From: a virus
Taxonomy: Duplodnaviria; Caudoviricetes
Strand: one strand, 5' to 3'
IMG/VR virus record: IMGVR_UViG_3300030330_006571
Location: 1-52,064 of that record
Length of the DNA: 52,064 nt
Part shown: positions 17,984 through 26,675 of the stretch, in pieces
Position numbering within the stretch: position 1 is the first letter of the stretch
Layout of the letters: each line of letters opens with the position of its first letter
Program-made: the position numbers and the translations under genes
Notes under the pieces: generated by a model
The model's input: the letters and a program-made list of their open reading frames with translations, nothing else
The model's database searches: none
Told to the model about the DNA's origin: nothing

Positions 17984-19207
17984 ATGAAAAACTTTAAACA
18001 ATATTTCGAACAATACGAGCTTTTAACTGAGAACGCTAAGGGTCACTTAACTCATTTAGAGGAACTCTTACTCACAAAAGGTGAAAAAGGTTATGATCAA
18101 GCTCGTCAATACCTTCTTGATCTTTTAGGCATGCTTCAAGGTAAGCATAAAAGAAAACTAAAAATGTCCGTTAAATGGGATGGTGCTCCTTTTATTATGG
18201 CAGGGAGGCATCCGCAAAATAAACAACACTTTGTAGCGACTAAAGGCGCTTTCGCAAAAGAACCAAAGCTTAATTTTACAGAAGCGGATATTGACGATCC
18301 AAAAAAAGGATACCCTGAAGGTCTTGCAAAAAAGCTCAAAACAGCTCTTAAGTTTACAAAACAAATGGGTATCAAAGGTCTTATTGGTGGTGATATTATG
18401 TATACTAACGCTGGTGAAATATACGACATGACCCACGACGGTGAGGAGTATATTGCTTTTAAACCTAACACTACAGTATATGCTGTTGAAAAGGATTCTG
18501 AACTTGCTAAAGAAATTAATAATTCAGTAATGGGTGTTATTTGGCATAGTTCCTATTCAGACATTGATGACAGTACTAAGAGAGATATATCTAGCAGCGA
18601 ATTTAAGCAACTTAAAAAAGTACCCGGGGTGTGGATGGATGACGCGGAATTTACAGATTCGACTGGTAAGGTTGATATAGATCAAGATGAAGCGAAGCAG
18701 GTCAAAGATTTAATTAAAACTGCAGATGGTATAAAGATTAATTTTAAACCTATAACTAAGTATTTACCTCTTTTAAACATATATCTTAATAGTGAAATTA
18801 GAGAAGGTTCTTTTATTGAAGACCCTGAAGGTTCTTTTAAGAGATTTTTACAGTGGGCTACAGATCGAAATAATAAAGCTATCGATAAATTAAAGTCAAA
18901 GAAAGGAAAAGAGCGCAAAATGGATGCTAGTACAGAGCAGTTAGCAGAATTAAAATCATTAAGTGGTGATATTATTAACTTATTCAAGAAAAGTAAGCTG
19001 TTACAACAAGCAAAGCAAATCTTTATTAACAAATATAATAATGCTGTTTATAATACAAAACACTTTTTTGATAATGGAGACGGTACTTTAAGACCGTCTA
19101 ATCCAGAAGGTTATGTTGCTATTAACAATGATGGCGACTTAGTTAAATTTGTAGATCGTTTAGAATTTAGTAGAGCAAACTTTGGAACCGGTAAGCCTGG
19201 AGCATGA
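17984..19207 (+). CDS. ATP-dependent ligase/nucleotidyltransferase-like protein (DUF6267-like)
   Basis: HLTHLEE, motif I SVKWDGAP (KxDG), GGDIMY, FKPNT, motif IV EGYVA, motif V VKFVDRLEFS. Confidence 0.72.
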   Translation: MKNFKQYFEQYELLTENAKGHLTHLEELLLTKGEKGYDQARQYLLDLLGMLQGKHKRKLKMSVKWDGAPFIMAGRHPQNKQHFVATKGAFAKEPKLNFTEADIDDPKKGYPEGLAKKLKTALKFTKQMGIKGLIGGDIMYTNAGEIYDMTHDGEEYIAFKPNTTVYAVEKDSELAKEINNSVMGVIWHSSYSDIDDSTKRDISSSEFKQLKKVPGVWMDDAEFTDSTGKVDIDQDEAKQVKDLIKTADGIKINFKPITKYLPLLNIYLNSEIREGSFIEDPEGSFKRFLQWATDRNNKAIDKLKSKKGKERKMDASTEQLAELKSLSGDIINLFKKSKLLQQAKQIFINKYNNAVYNTKHFFDNGDGTLRPSNPEGYVAINNDGDLVKFVDRLEFSRANFGTGKPGA

Positions 19208-19848
19208 GAACATTTAAGAAATTTTTTGAGCAAAAGGAATCGAAATCGCTAACTACTGCGTTTGGTCGGTTTAATCCCCCTACTATTGGTCATGAAAAGT
19301 TAATAAACGCTGTTGAGGCTGTTGCTAGCGGTGGGGATTTTAAGATATATGCTTCACAATCACAAGATAAATTAAAGAACCCTCTAAAGTATGATGATAA
19401 AATTAACTTTATGAGAGAAATGTTCTCTGAATATGAAAATAATATTGTATCAGATATTAATATAAAAACCATTTTTGATATTTTAACGCAAGCTTATAAT
19501 GATGGCTATACTCAGTTTACATTAGTAGTGGGTAGTGATAGAGTGCCTGCATTTGATGAACTTATTAAGAAGTATAACGGTGTTGAAGGTAAGCATGGAT
19601 TCTACGACTTTGTAGATGGTTTAGAAGTCGTATCTGCTGGAGAACGAGACCCGGACTCTGAAGGCGTGGAGGGTATGAGTGCATCAAAGATGCGTGAAGC
19701 TGCTAGTAAAGACGATTTTCAAGAGTTTATAAAAGGATTACCGGTAGGGTTTGCCCTCTCGCAAGAATTATTTGACGCGGTTAAGGAAGGTATGGCATTA
19801 CCTAGCGATGAAGAGTTAGGAGCATATAGAGCCGTTAGACATAAATAA
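19204..19848 (+). CDS. HIGH-type nucleotidyltransferase (cytidylyltransferase-like)
   Basis: FGRFNPPTIGHEKL, KNPL, VVGSDR, SAGERDPD, MSASKMR. Confidence 0.88.
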   Translation: MRTFKKFFEQKESKSLTTAFGRFNPPTIGHEKLINAVEAVASGGDFKIYASQSQDKLKNPLKYDDKINFMREMFSEYENNIVSDINIKTIFDILTQAYNDGYTQFTLVVGSDRVPAFDELIKKYNGVEGKHGFYDFVDGLEVVSAGERDPDSEGVEGMSASKMREAASKDDFQEFIKGLPVGFALSQELFDAVKEGMALPSDEELGAYRAVRHK

Positions 19849-19852
19849 TAGT

Positions 19853-20272
19853 ATGAGAGATCAGAAGCGTAGAGAACGAGCCTTAATGGAAGAAGCCTAT
19901 CAAAAAGTAAATGAAACAAATCTAGGTCCGGCAGCTATGACTGCATCTAGTGGTGCTTCTGGTCCAGTAATAGCAATACCGGCAGAAGATGAAAGCTGTG
20001 GTTGTCATGAAAACGATCCATCAGAAATTGATATGGCTGGTAGAGACCTACTCAAAGCTCAAGAGTACGCAGCTAAATTAAGTGAAATGGTACAACAATT
20101 ACCCGGGTTAGATGGCTGGGTAGCTTCAAAAATTACTAAGGCTTCAGATTATCTCTCTTCTGTTTATCATTTTTTAGATTATGAAATGAACGAAAAACCA
20201 CAAGAGCAAGAAATAGCAGTTGTTGTGCAAGAGCCTATGGGCAATTTTAATGTCGGGTATGAAGAAGTTTAA
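19853..20272 (+). CDS. Hypothetical protein, putative internal head protein
   Basis: CATAAATA-N5-ATG; helical EIDMA...LDGWVASKITKASDYL module. Confidence 0.72.
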   Translation: MRDQKRRERALMEEAYQKVNETNLGPAAMTASSGASGPVIAIPAEDESCGCHENDPSEIDMAGRDLLKAQEYAAKLSEMVQQLPGLDGWVASKITKASDYLSSVYHFLDYEMNEKPQEQEIAVVVQEPMGNFNVGYEEV

Positions 20273-20699
20273 ACAATTTTTTATCGAAAAACAAGTCTTA
20301 GGGCTCATAGAGTTCTTTGATGTAGATGGTGTTGGTCAAATTCCTTCTAAACTTGATTCCGGGAATGGTGCATATAACGTTCTCCATGGTGAAGATATAC
20401 AAGTGCAGGGAAATAAGGTTCATTTTAAGACAGTCAACAATAAACGTCTAATGAAAGATAAGGTTGACGACATTATTATTAATGTAGGTGCTGGTAATAC
20501 AGAAGAAAGACCGGTTGTTAATTTTGATCTTAAAATTGGTAACAAAGAGTTTAGAGATATACCATTTTCTATTGGTAACAGAAGTTCTAACCTATATAAA
20601 ATCTTAGTAAGTAAAGATTTTATTGAAAATGAGCTTGATGCTCTTATCGATGTTAGTCAAGAAAACATCGCTGATCGTGCAGATGAAGTAGACTACTAA
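20259..20699 (+). CDS. Retropepsin-like (RimK-associated type) aspartic protease
   Basis: KLDSGNG (D-S/T-G), EERPVV, NRS...YKILVSKDFI; start reassigned to ATG 20259 (MKKFKQFFIE). Confidence 0.72.
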   Translation: MKKFKQFFIEKQVLGLIEFFDVDGVGQIPSKLDSGNGAYNVLHGEDIQVQGNKVHFKTVNNKRLMKDKVDDIIINVGAGNTEERPVVNFDLKIGNKEFRDIPFSIGNRSSNLYKILVSKDFIENELDALIDVSQENIADRADEVDY

Positions 20700-21226
20700 T
20701 ACCAGGTAGGTCTCCAGCGTAGCGTCCAAGTAGCAAAGTCTTTGTCATGACGAATATACTCTCTATATTTGTCAATAGTTGAAAGATCATCAAAACCTTC
20801 TACTTTTCTACAATCACAGTCGTCACTTATAGCTACTGCATAACTAGTTAGACCGGTTTTACTCATAATTGTATTATGAATGTTCTCGCCGCACCATTTA
20901 ATAAACGTTTTTGTAAAATGCTCGTTTGATTCTGGCCATCTATACATACGCTCAGTAAACATCTCTAATGTATGATCAACCAACCACTTAAAGTTATCTT
21001 TAGTTTCACGAGCCCATATAGAGCATTGATGATTGAAATAACCTTTACCTCTTCTTCGAGGTTTACCGGTTGAAGTTCTAGGAGTAGATGGGTGATCTAA
21101 TACTTCTTGTGGGAATGCATGAGCTAGCATAATAGCTCCTTCAATTTGCATTTTCGATCTTACATGTTGATCGCAGAGATTATGAGTCGAGACGATAGGA
21201 TCATCATCCGTTACAAAAATATTCAT
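20696..21226 (-). CDS. denV: Pyrimidine-dimer DNA glycosylase (DenV/endonuclease V-like)
   Basis: MNIFVTD..P, CDQHV..KM.IE...ML, NHQCSIWAR, YREY...K..FATW. Confidence 0.8.
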   Translation of the reverse strand: MNIFVTDDDPIVSTHNLCDQHVRSKMQIEGAIMLAHAFPQEVLDHPSTPRTSTGKPRRRGKGYFNHQCSIWARETKDNFKWLVDHTLEMFTERMYRWPESNEHFTKTFIKWCGENIHNTIMSKTGLTSYAVAISDDCDCRKVEGFDDLSTIDKYREYIRHDKDFATWTLRWRPTWY

Positions 21227-21248
21227 TCCTTTATTGTAAAGTCGTTCC

Positions 21249-22298
21249 TTACCTTAATCCAGTCGACTCAAAAACATCTCTAGTAACACCAGCCTTAAAG
21301 CCCCCTTCAATGCCCTTTACAATTACTGAAATAGCATTATGACTATGTAAACTTTCATTATGAGAAGCAACAATCTTAAAGTCTAAGATACGAGATTCGT
21401 TAGTAAGCTTTTCATAAAGTAATCTTACAGCATCTTCTACGAACTTTAAGTAAGCACCGTTCTTTTCAGCAAATGCTTGCTCATCTTCTCGTTTAACCAT
21501 AACTTGTGTTTCGGTTTGTAAAGCATCTAGACATAATTCTTGAATATCTTCAATCCAAAGCATATCTTCAAACCTTACACTTACACGAGCAACACTTCTT
21601 TGACTATGAGGTACAGTAGCTCTATTACGATACTTCTCAGCATGTTCACTTAGCTCAAAACTACAAGGGCAAGCAGAAGAATAAACAAAATCAAAATGAA
21701 TATACTTCTTAAACTCACCTTCTTTAGTTAAGTCACCTTCAAATACTACATCATAATATTGATAACCTTCTAACCCACTACGTAAACTTTGTTGCTTAAT
21801 AGGATAAGAAATCTTAAGCATTATCCTTGAATCAAAACATTTAAGATTATTTTTATATGTCTCTAAAACATCTTTAATCTTATCAATACTAAACGTCTCA
21901 TCTTTATGATCGTAAAAACTTCTCATAATACGTGACATATTAATACCTTTCTTATGAGCTTCTAAACTAACACTACCAGTTACACTTGTTTCTAATTCAA
22001 TAGTCTTACCATTTCTCTTTTTATAAGTCAAAGGTAGTTTAAAGTTATGAATACCTACTTGCTGAATAGGAACCGCTGCACCTTGAATTAAGCTCGAAGG
22101 TCCATTTTGCAGATCGGGTAAAGAAGAGATATACTTTTTAGTAGCATTAACGTTATTATCATAAACCCTGATAGGCGGAAAGTAGCTACTACTATATTCT
22201 TCCCCCATTATTTCTTTTGCAATAACATCTTTTTCGCCAGTAAGTTCATCATCCTCTCCTAGCCACTCGTAATTAGAATCTTTTTTACTTTTACTCAT
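21249..22298 (-). CDS. folE2: GTP cyclohydrolase IB (zinc-independent type)
   Basis: LPDLQ, IQQVGI, KGINMSR, SACPCS, PHSQRS, VKREDEQ, FVEDAVR, ESLHSHNA. Confidence 0.94.
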   Translation of the reverse strand: MSKSKKDSNYEWLGEDDELTGEKDVIAKEIMGEEYSSSYFPPIRVYDNNVNATKKYISSLPDLQNGPSSLIQGAAVPIQQVGIHNFKLPLTYKKRNGKTIELETSVTGSVSLEAHKKGINMSRIMRSFYDHKDETFSIDKIKDVLETYKNNLKCFDSRIMLKISYPIKQQSLRSGLEGYQYYDVVFEGDLTKEGEFKKYIHFDFVYSSACPCSFELSEHAEKYRNRATVPHSQRSVARVSVRFEDMLWIEDIQELCLDALQTETQVMVKREDEQAFAEKNGAYLKFVEDAVRLLYEKLTNESRILDFKIVASHNESLHSHNAISVIVKGIEGGFKAGVTRDVFESTGLR

Positions 22299-22352
22299 TT
22301 ATATAATATTATTATAACTACAATATTTTATTTTCAAGACTAAATATTGTAT

Positions 22353-22943
22353 ATGGCAAAAATGTCACAAAAAAAATTGCTCGAAGAGGGTATAACAACT
22401 ATGCTTGATATGATGAAAAAAGCTGCGCAGGTTAGTGTACAAGGAGCTGGGCAAGTTGGTAAGGCATTAATGCCTAATACAGCTAAAGCCGTGAGAGCAG
22501 TAGGTTCAGCAGCTGGTACTACATATAATAAGATAGCAGCTGTTAACCCGAAAATGGCATTAAGGAACTATTTAGACTCGGCCCGTGGTCGTCGACGTTT
22601 CAATAAAATAAAATTAGGTCGTGAAAGAAGATTAGCTAATAACGACGCCGAAGTATCATTTTCCGGTGAAGTTTTTGATGATCGAAACGGTGTCATGGTA
22701 CCTATGGAAGGATTTTTTATTCTCAGTCCTACTGATGGTAAGGAAGAAAAGTGGGAAGTAAAAGGTGCGCAAAATAGTGAGTATCAAACTGTGTGGAATG
22801 GTAAACGTCGTCGCGGACGTGGATCAGATCGACCCACGGCAACAGAACCACAGTATAACGATATCTTGGTCGATCCCAAAATACAATTAAGTAGTTATTC
22901 TCAAAAAGATCTGCTAAGACAGTTGACTTTGCTTTCCAACTAA
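22353..22943 (+). CDS. Hypothetical protein, possibly internal head protein
   Basis: CTAAATA-N6-ATG; N-terminus MAKMSQKKLLEE; start reassigned to ATG 22353. Confidence 0.68.
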   Translation: MAKMSQKKLLEEGITTMLDMMKKAAQVSVQGAGQVGKALMPNTAKAVRAVGSAAGTTYNKIAAVNPKMALRNYLDSARGRRRFNKIKLGRERRLANNDAEVSFSGEVFDDRNGVMVPMEGFFILSPTDGKEEKWEVKGAQNSEYQTVWNGKRRRGRGSDRPTATEPQYNDILVDPKIQLSSYSQKDLLRQLTLLSN

Positions 22944-22995
22944 TTAATTATCCGAGACTGGACGAGGGAGACCCTTTTAAACATCTGCAGCTTAG

Positions 22996-23023
22996 TTGAT
23001 TTTTTCATAATTATCTATAAAAT
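22996..23023 (+). promoter_or_regulatory. Sigma70-like promoter for queD
   Basis: TTGATT-N16-TAAAAT-N6-ATG. Confidence 0.5.
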
Positions 23024-23029
23024 ATATAC

Positions 23030-23656
23030 ATGAGTCATACGTCATCAAAATTAATTGAGCTCGGTTCAACAGCATTTCGTCAGCCAAGGGCAGAATCACA
23101 TTGTAGATATATTCACGGCTATCAACTAAAGGCAGAAGTTACATTTGCATGCAATGAACTAGATAATAATAACTGGGTATTTGATTTTGGCGGTCTTAAA
23201 GATCTTAAGCATATATATAAAACTCAATTTGATCATACTTTAGTTGTTGCTAGTGATGATCCGGAAATTGAATTACTCAAAGAGCTTAATGTTAGAGGAT
23301 TAGCACAACTTAGAATTATGACTGGAGGTGTGGGCATTGAGCGATTTGCTGAGTGGTGTTTTAAAACAGCAGATAGTTTTGTTGATGAAGCTACTAATGG
23401 TCGTGTTTGGGTTGAAAGTGTTACTGTATACGAACATGATGATAATTTTGCTTCATATAACAGATCAACAATTAAGGATAATGAATCAATTGTAACGGAA
23501 GCAAAAGAAGAATCTACACCTGAACTAAAACAAGAGGAGCCAAAGCCAGAACCAGATCCAGCTCCACAGGATCATAACCCGAGAGCAGCTCAAGTTGGTA
23601 ACCAGGTTACAAGAGGAAAAGGTAATTGGTTTGCCGGTACTAGCTGGGGTGACTAA
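23030..23656 (+). CDS. queD: 6-carboxy-5,6,7,8-tetrahydropterin synthase (QueD/PTPS) with C-terminal extension
   Basis: AFRQ..A.SHCRYIHGY, WVFDFGGLK, FDHT, GIERFAE, VTVYEH; ~60-aa acidic/Pro-rich tail. Confidence 0.88.
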   Translation: MSHTSSKLIELGSTAFRQPRAESHCRYIHGYQLKAEVTFACNELDNNNWVFDFGGLKDLKHIYKTQFDHTLVVASDDPEIELLKELNVRGLAQLRIMTGGVGIERFAEWCFKTADSFVDEATNGRVWVESVTVYEHDDNFASYNRSTIKDNESIVTEAKEESTPELKQEEPKPEPDPAPQDHNPRAAQVGNQVTRGKGNWFAGTSWGD

Positions 23657-24375
23657 GTTCCTAATACAGAACAAATATATTTTAGTATCTTACTTCTAGA
23701 TATTTCAGCAGTACCAAATTTAAAAGAAAATATATCATTTTCGGTACTTTGATGTGTATTAAACATGTTAAATATCTCCTTATACCCCGATTTATTAACA
23801 TCAGCTTGATTGCAATCACCAATAACAATATATTTGGAATGTCTTCCAAATCTTGTAAGTATAGTAGTTAATTCTTTACGAGATAGATTTTGTGCTTCAT
23901 CGACAATAACTAAAGTTTTGTTAAAAGTAAGACCTCTAACAAAATTAACTGGTATTGCTTCAATTAATCCCTTTTGTTTTAACATACTACAAACTCCTGC
24001 GCCGGCTATTTCAGCTACTTTTTCGTCGAGAGGTATTGCATAAGGGGAAAATTTATCATCAATTTCCCCGGGTAGAGCTCCTAAACTTTTTTCAGCTGAT
24101 TCTACAATTGATCTAATATAAACAAGCTTTGTAAATACCTCCTCTCTTAAAAGTTCTAAACCAGCATATACTGCAATGTATGTTTTCATACTTCCAGCTG
24201 GGCCGTCAACAAACCCTATTTTTGTCTTAGAGTTTTTTACACAATTATAAAATTCTTTATGCTTTGGATTTAGATAGAACGGTCTTTTGATTTTAAAATC
24301 AAATATATAGTTCTTGTTAAATGCTTCCGCAAGTTCTGTACTTGCCCGACGTAATCGCGCGGTTTTTACACTCAT
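23653..24375 (-). CDS. phoH: PhoH-like ATPase
   Basis: GPAGSMKT, LGALPGEIDDK, FVRGLTF, IVDEAQN, LTRFG, GDCNQAD. Confidence 0.94.
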   Translation of the reverse strand: MSVKTARLRRASTELAEAFNKNYIFDFKIKRPFYLNPKHKEFYNCVKNSKTKIGFVDGPAGSMKTYIAVYAGLELLREEVFTKLVYIRSIVESAEKSLGALPGEIDDKFSPYAIPLDEKVAEIAGAGVCSMLKQKGLIEAIPVNFVRGLTFNKTLVIVDEAQNLSRKELTTILTRFGRHSKYIVIGDCNQADVNKSGYKEIFNMFNTHQSTENDIFSFKFGTAEISRSKILKYICSVLGT

Positions 24376-24391
24376 ATGTACTATTATTTAG

Positions 24392-24419
24392 TTGAAAAAC
24401 TGTTCGCAACTCATATAAT
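24392..24419 (+). promoter_or_regulatory. Sigma70-like promoter for the queE-kinase-glycosylation operon
   Basis: TTGAAA-N16-TATAAT-N7-ATG; a divergent CTAAATA for phoH lies immediately upstream. Confidence 0.62.
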
Positions 24420-24426
24420 TTAAAAG

Positions 24427-25182
24427 ATGATTGATTGTACTAAGGAAACTTTACTAGTATCGGACGATAAAGCATTTTATACACTTGAAGGTGAAGGAGA
24501 ATATGTTGGTATGCCTTCTGTGTTTTTTAGGCTATCTATGTGTAATTTAACATGTAAAGGATTTGCTTCTGAAGATTCACCGCATGGTTGCGATTCTTAT
24601 ATTTCGTGGTCAGTTAAAAATAAAATGACGTTTAACGAAATTTTTGAGTATTTTGAGGAGCATAAGCTAGTAGATAAATTACGTGACGGTGCAATTTTCA
24701 AGCTTACAGGTGGTGAACCGATGGTTCAACAAAAGCAATTGCTTAAATTTATTAAGGCGTTTGTTTATAAATATGATTTTCATCCGATAATTGATTTTGA
24801 AACTAATGCTACAATTAAGCCTCATGAAGATTGGGTTGAGAAGTTTCACGCATCTTTTACTACATCACCTAAACTCACTTCAAATGGTGATCCAGAAAAA
24901 CGTTCTTATAAACCTGAAGTTTTAAAATGGCATAGAGAAGCCGGTTCCGGGTTTAAATTCGTGATTTCGTCTGATAAAGACATTGATGAAATTTGGCGTA
25001 AATATGTTGATGATGAAACCGTACGCGTACCAAAAAATAGAATATGGTTTATGCCCTGTTGTGGGAGTCGAAACGAGCATGTTGAAAAAGCACCCGCTGT
25101 TGCGGAATATGCTAAAGCTATGAATGTTAATTTTTCCCCGAGACTTCACTTACTGATATGGGATATGGCATTAAAAGTATAA
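24427..25182 (+). CDS. queE: 7-carboxy-7-deazaguanine synthase (radical SAM)
   Basis: FYTLEGEG..VGMPSVFFRL..CNLTC...CDS, LTGGEP, FETNAT, TSPKL, FKFVI, SPRLH. Confidence 0.93.
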   Translation: MIDCTKETLLVSDDKAFYTLEGEGEYVGMPSVFFRLSMCNLTCKGFASEDSPHGCDSYISWSVKNKMTFNEIFEYFEEHKLVDKLRDGAIFKLTGGEPMVQQKQLLKFIKAFVYKYDFHPIIDFETNATIKPHEDWVEKFHASFTTSPKLTSNGDPEKRSYKPEVLKWHREAGSGFKFVISSDKDIDEIWRKYVDDETVRVPKNRIWFMPCCGSRNEHVEKAPAVAEYAKAMNVNFSPRLHLLIWDMALKV

Positions 25183-25197
25183 TGTAATATATATAGT

Positions 25198-25920
25198 ATG
25201 AGAATTGCGTTTTCTGGTACAGGTAATAGTGGTAAAACAACTTTAGTAAAGAGCTTTCTTTATACATGGGATAATTATATTACCCCGGAAGAAACTTATA
25301 GAGATTTACTAATTAAAGAAGATCTATCACATTCTTCTGAAACTACTACCGACACACAGAAAAAAATCTTAAATTTTTTTATTGAACAAGTACAAGAACG
25401 TGATAAGGAAGCAAAGGTTGTTTATGATAGATGCTCATTAGATAATATTGCTTATACGCTATGGTGCCATGAAAAGGGTAAAGAAGGATTTGATAAAGAT
25501 TTTGTAACATCACAAATATCTCTAATGAGAGAGTCATTGAGATTCTTAGATATAATTTTTCTTTGTAGATTTGATGAAAAACAAAGTGTAGAAGACGATG
25601 GGGTTAGAGATACAGACGTTGACTTTATTAAAGAGGTTGATAATATTTTCTATTCTTTGTATCGGCAATATACAGAAAACCCAGAGGCGGATATATTTTT
25701 CCCAAAGGGAGATTCACCTTGTATTATTGAACTACCACATGACGGTCAGCAAAGAATCGATTTAATTAGTGAATATGTTACATCTGAGGGGGAAATGTAC
25801 GGTGAAGATGTCTCTATTTTTAACGATGTTAATGAGCTTGAAAGATTGGTTCAACAGCAAAAAGCTGCCCTTGATCAAGAAGAAAAGGAAAAGGAACTAT
25901 TACGTAAATTTGGAATATGA
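25198..25920 (+). CDS. P-loop nucleotide kinase (NadR/AAA_28 or dNMP-kinase-like)
   Basis: MRIAFSGTGNSGKTT, YDRCSLD, EDDGVR. Confidence 0.78.
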   Translation: MRIAFSGTGNSGKTTLVKSFLYTWDNYITPEETYRDLLIKEDLSHSSETTTDTQKKILNFFIEQVQERDKEAKVVYDRCSLDNIAYTLWCHEKGKEGFDKDFVTSQISLMRESLRFLDIIFLCRFDEKQSVEDDGVRDTDVDFIKEVDNIFYSLYRQYTENPEADIFFPKGDSPCIIELPHDGQQRIDLISEYVTSEGEMYGEDVSIFNDVNELERLVQQQKAALDQEEKEKELLRKFGI

Positions 25921-26675
25921 ACCAGATGACAGTAGAGTCTGCAATGCGAATGAACGCTTGGGTTCAAGCAGCATTAACAGCAAGACATGATATTAAGCAT
26001 AGTAAGGTTTATGACGTTAAGGGATTTAAAATTACCCAACACAGTCAACAAGGTCAAGAGATAGATATAATAAAAAATTTTATGCCTAAAATTAGTGAAG
26101 TACGAGACGGTACTTTTGTTGAATTAGGTGGTTACAATGGCATTACATATTCAAACACTAAAGGTATAGAAGATACTTTCGGATTTAAAGGTGTGCTTAT
26201 TGAAGCATCAGAAGCTTTTATAGCTATGAATCTTAACAGGCCGAACACACAAAATTTTAGAGCTGCGATATCAACCGATCCAGTAGTTACGTTTTGTGGA
26301 GCTGGTCCATGTTCTGGTACCCTAGAAAACATGGAAATAAACACACTACATGATGATATTCTCTGGAAACCTAATGACCAGTATACGGTTCCAGGCCGGC
26401 CTATAAGTGATATTTTACAAGAATCAAAACTGGAATATATTGATTTATTTTTTATTGATGTTGAAGGAAGTGAGTTAGATGTTATTAACACTATGGATTG
26501 GTCTATACCTATATACCTCATTTGTATCGAAATGCATGGTATGAAGTCTAGACAAAAAGAACAAGAAGAGATTCGCAAAATATTAAAGCAGCAAGGATTT
26601 ACTTTTAAGAAGAAAATTGAAGATGATGAAATTTGGGTAAATGATTCCTATTTCCGTAAAGATAAATTTGTATGA
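25917..26675 (+). CDS. FkbM-family methyltransferase
   Basis: SQQGQE, FVELGGYNG..SNT, GVLIEA, IDLFFIDVEGSEL, ICIEMH. Confidence 0.86.
   Translation: MNQMTVESAMRMNAWVQAALTARHDIKHSKVYDVKGFKITQHSQQGQEIDIIKNFMPKISEVRDGTFVELGGYNGITYSNTKGIEDTFGFKGVLIEASEAFIAMNLNRPNTQNFRAAISTDPVVTFCGAGPCSGTLENMEINTLHDDILWKPNDQYTVPGRPISDILQESKLEYIDLFFIDVEGSELDVINTMDWSIPIYLICIEMHGMKSRQKEQEEIRKILKQQGFTFKKKIEDDEIWVNDSYFRKDKFV

Noticed and set aside
22944-22990. Small hairpins upstream of queD as a preQ1 riboswitch
   Set aside because: Stems are only 3-4 bp, lack the preQ1 aptamer consensus, and lie upstream of the predicted queD promoter; at most a weak terminator.
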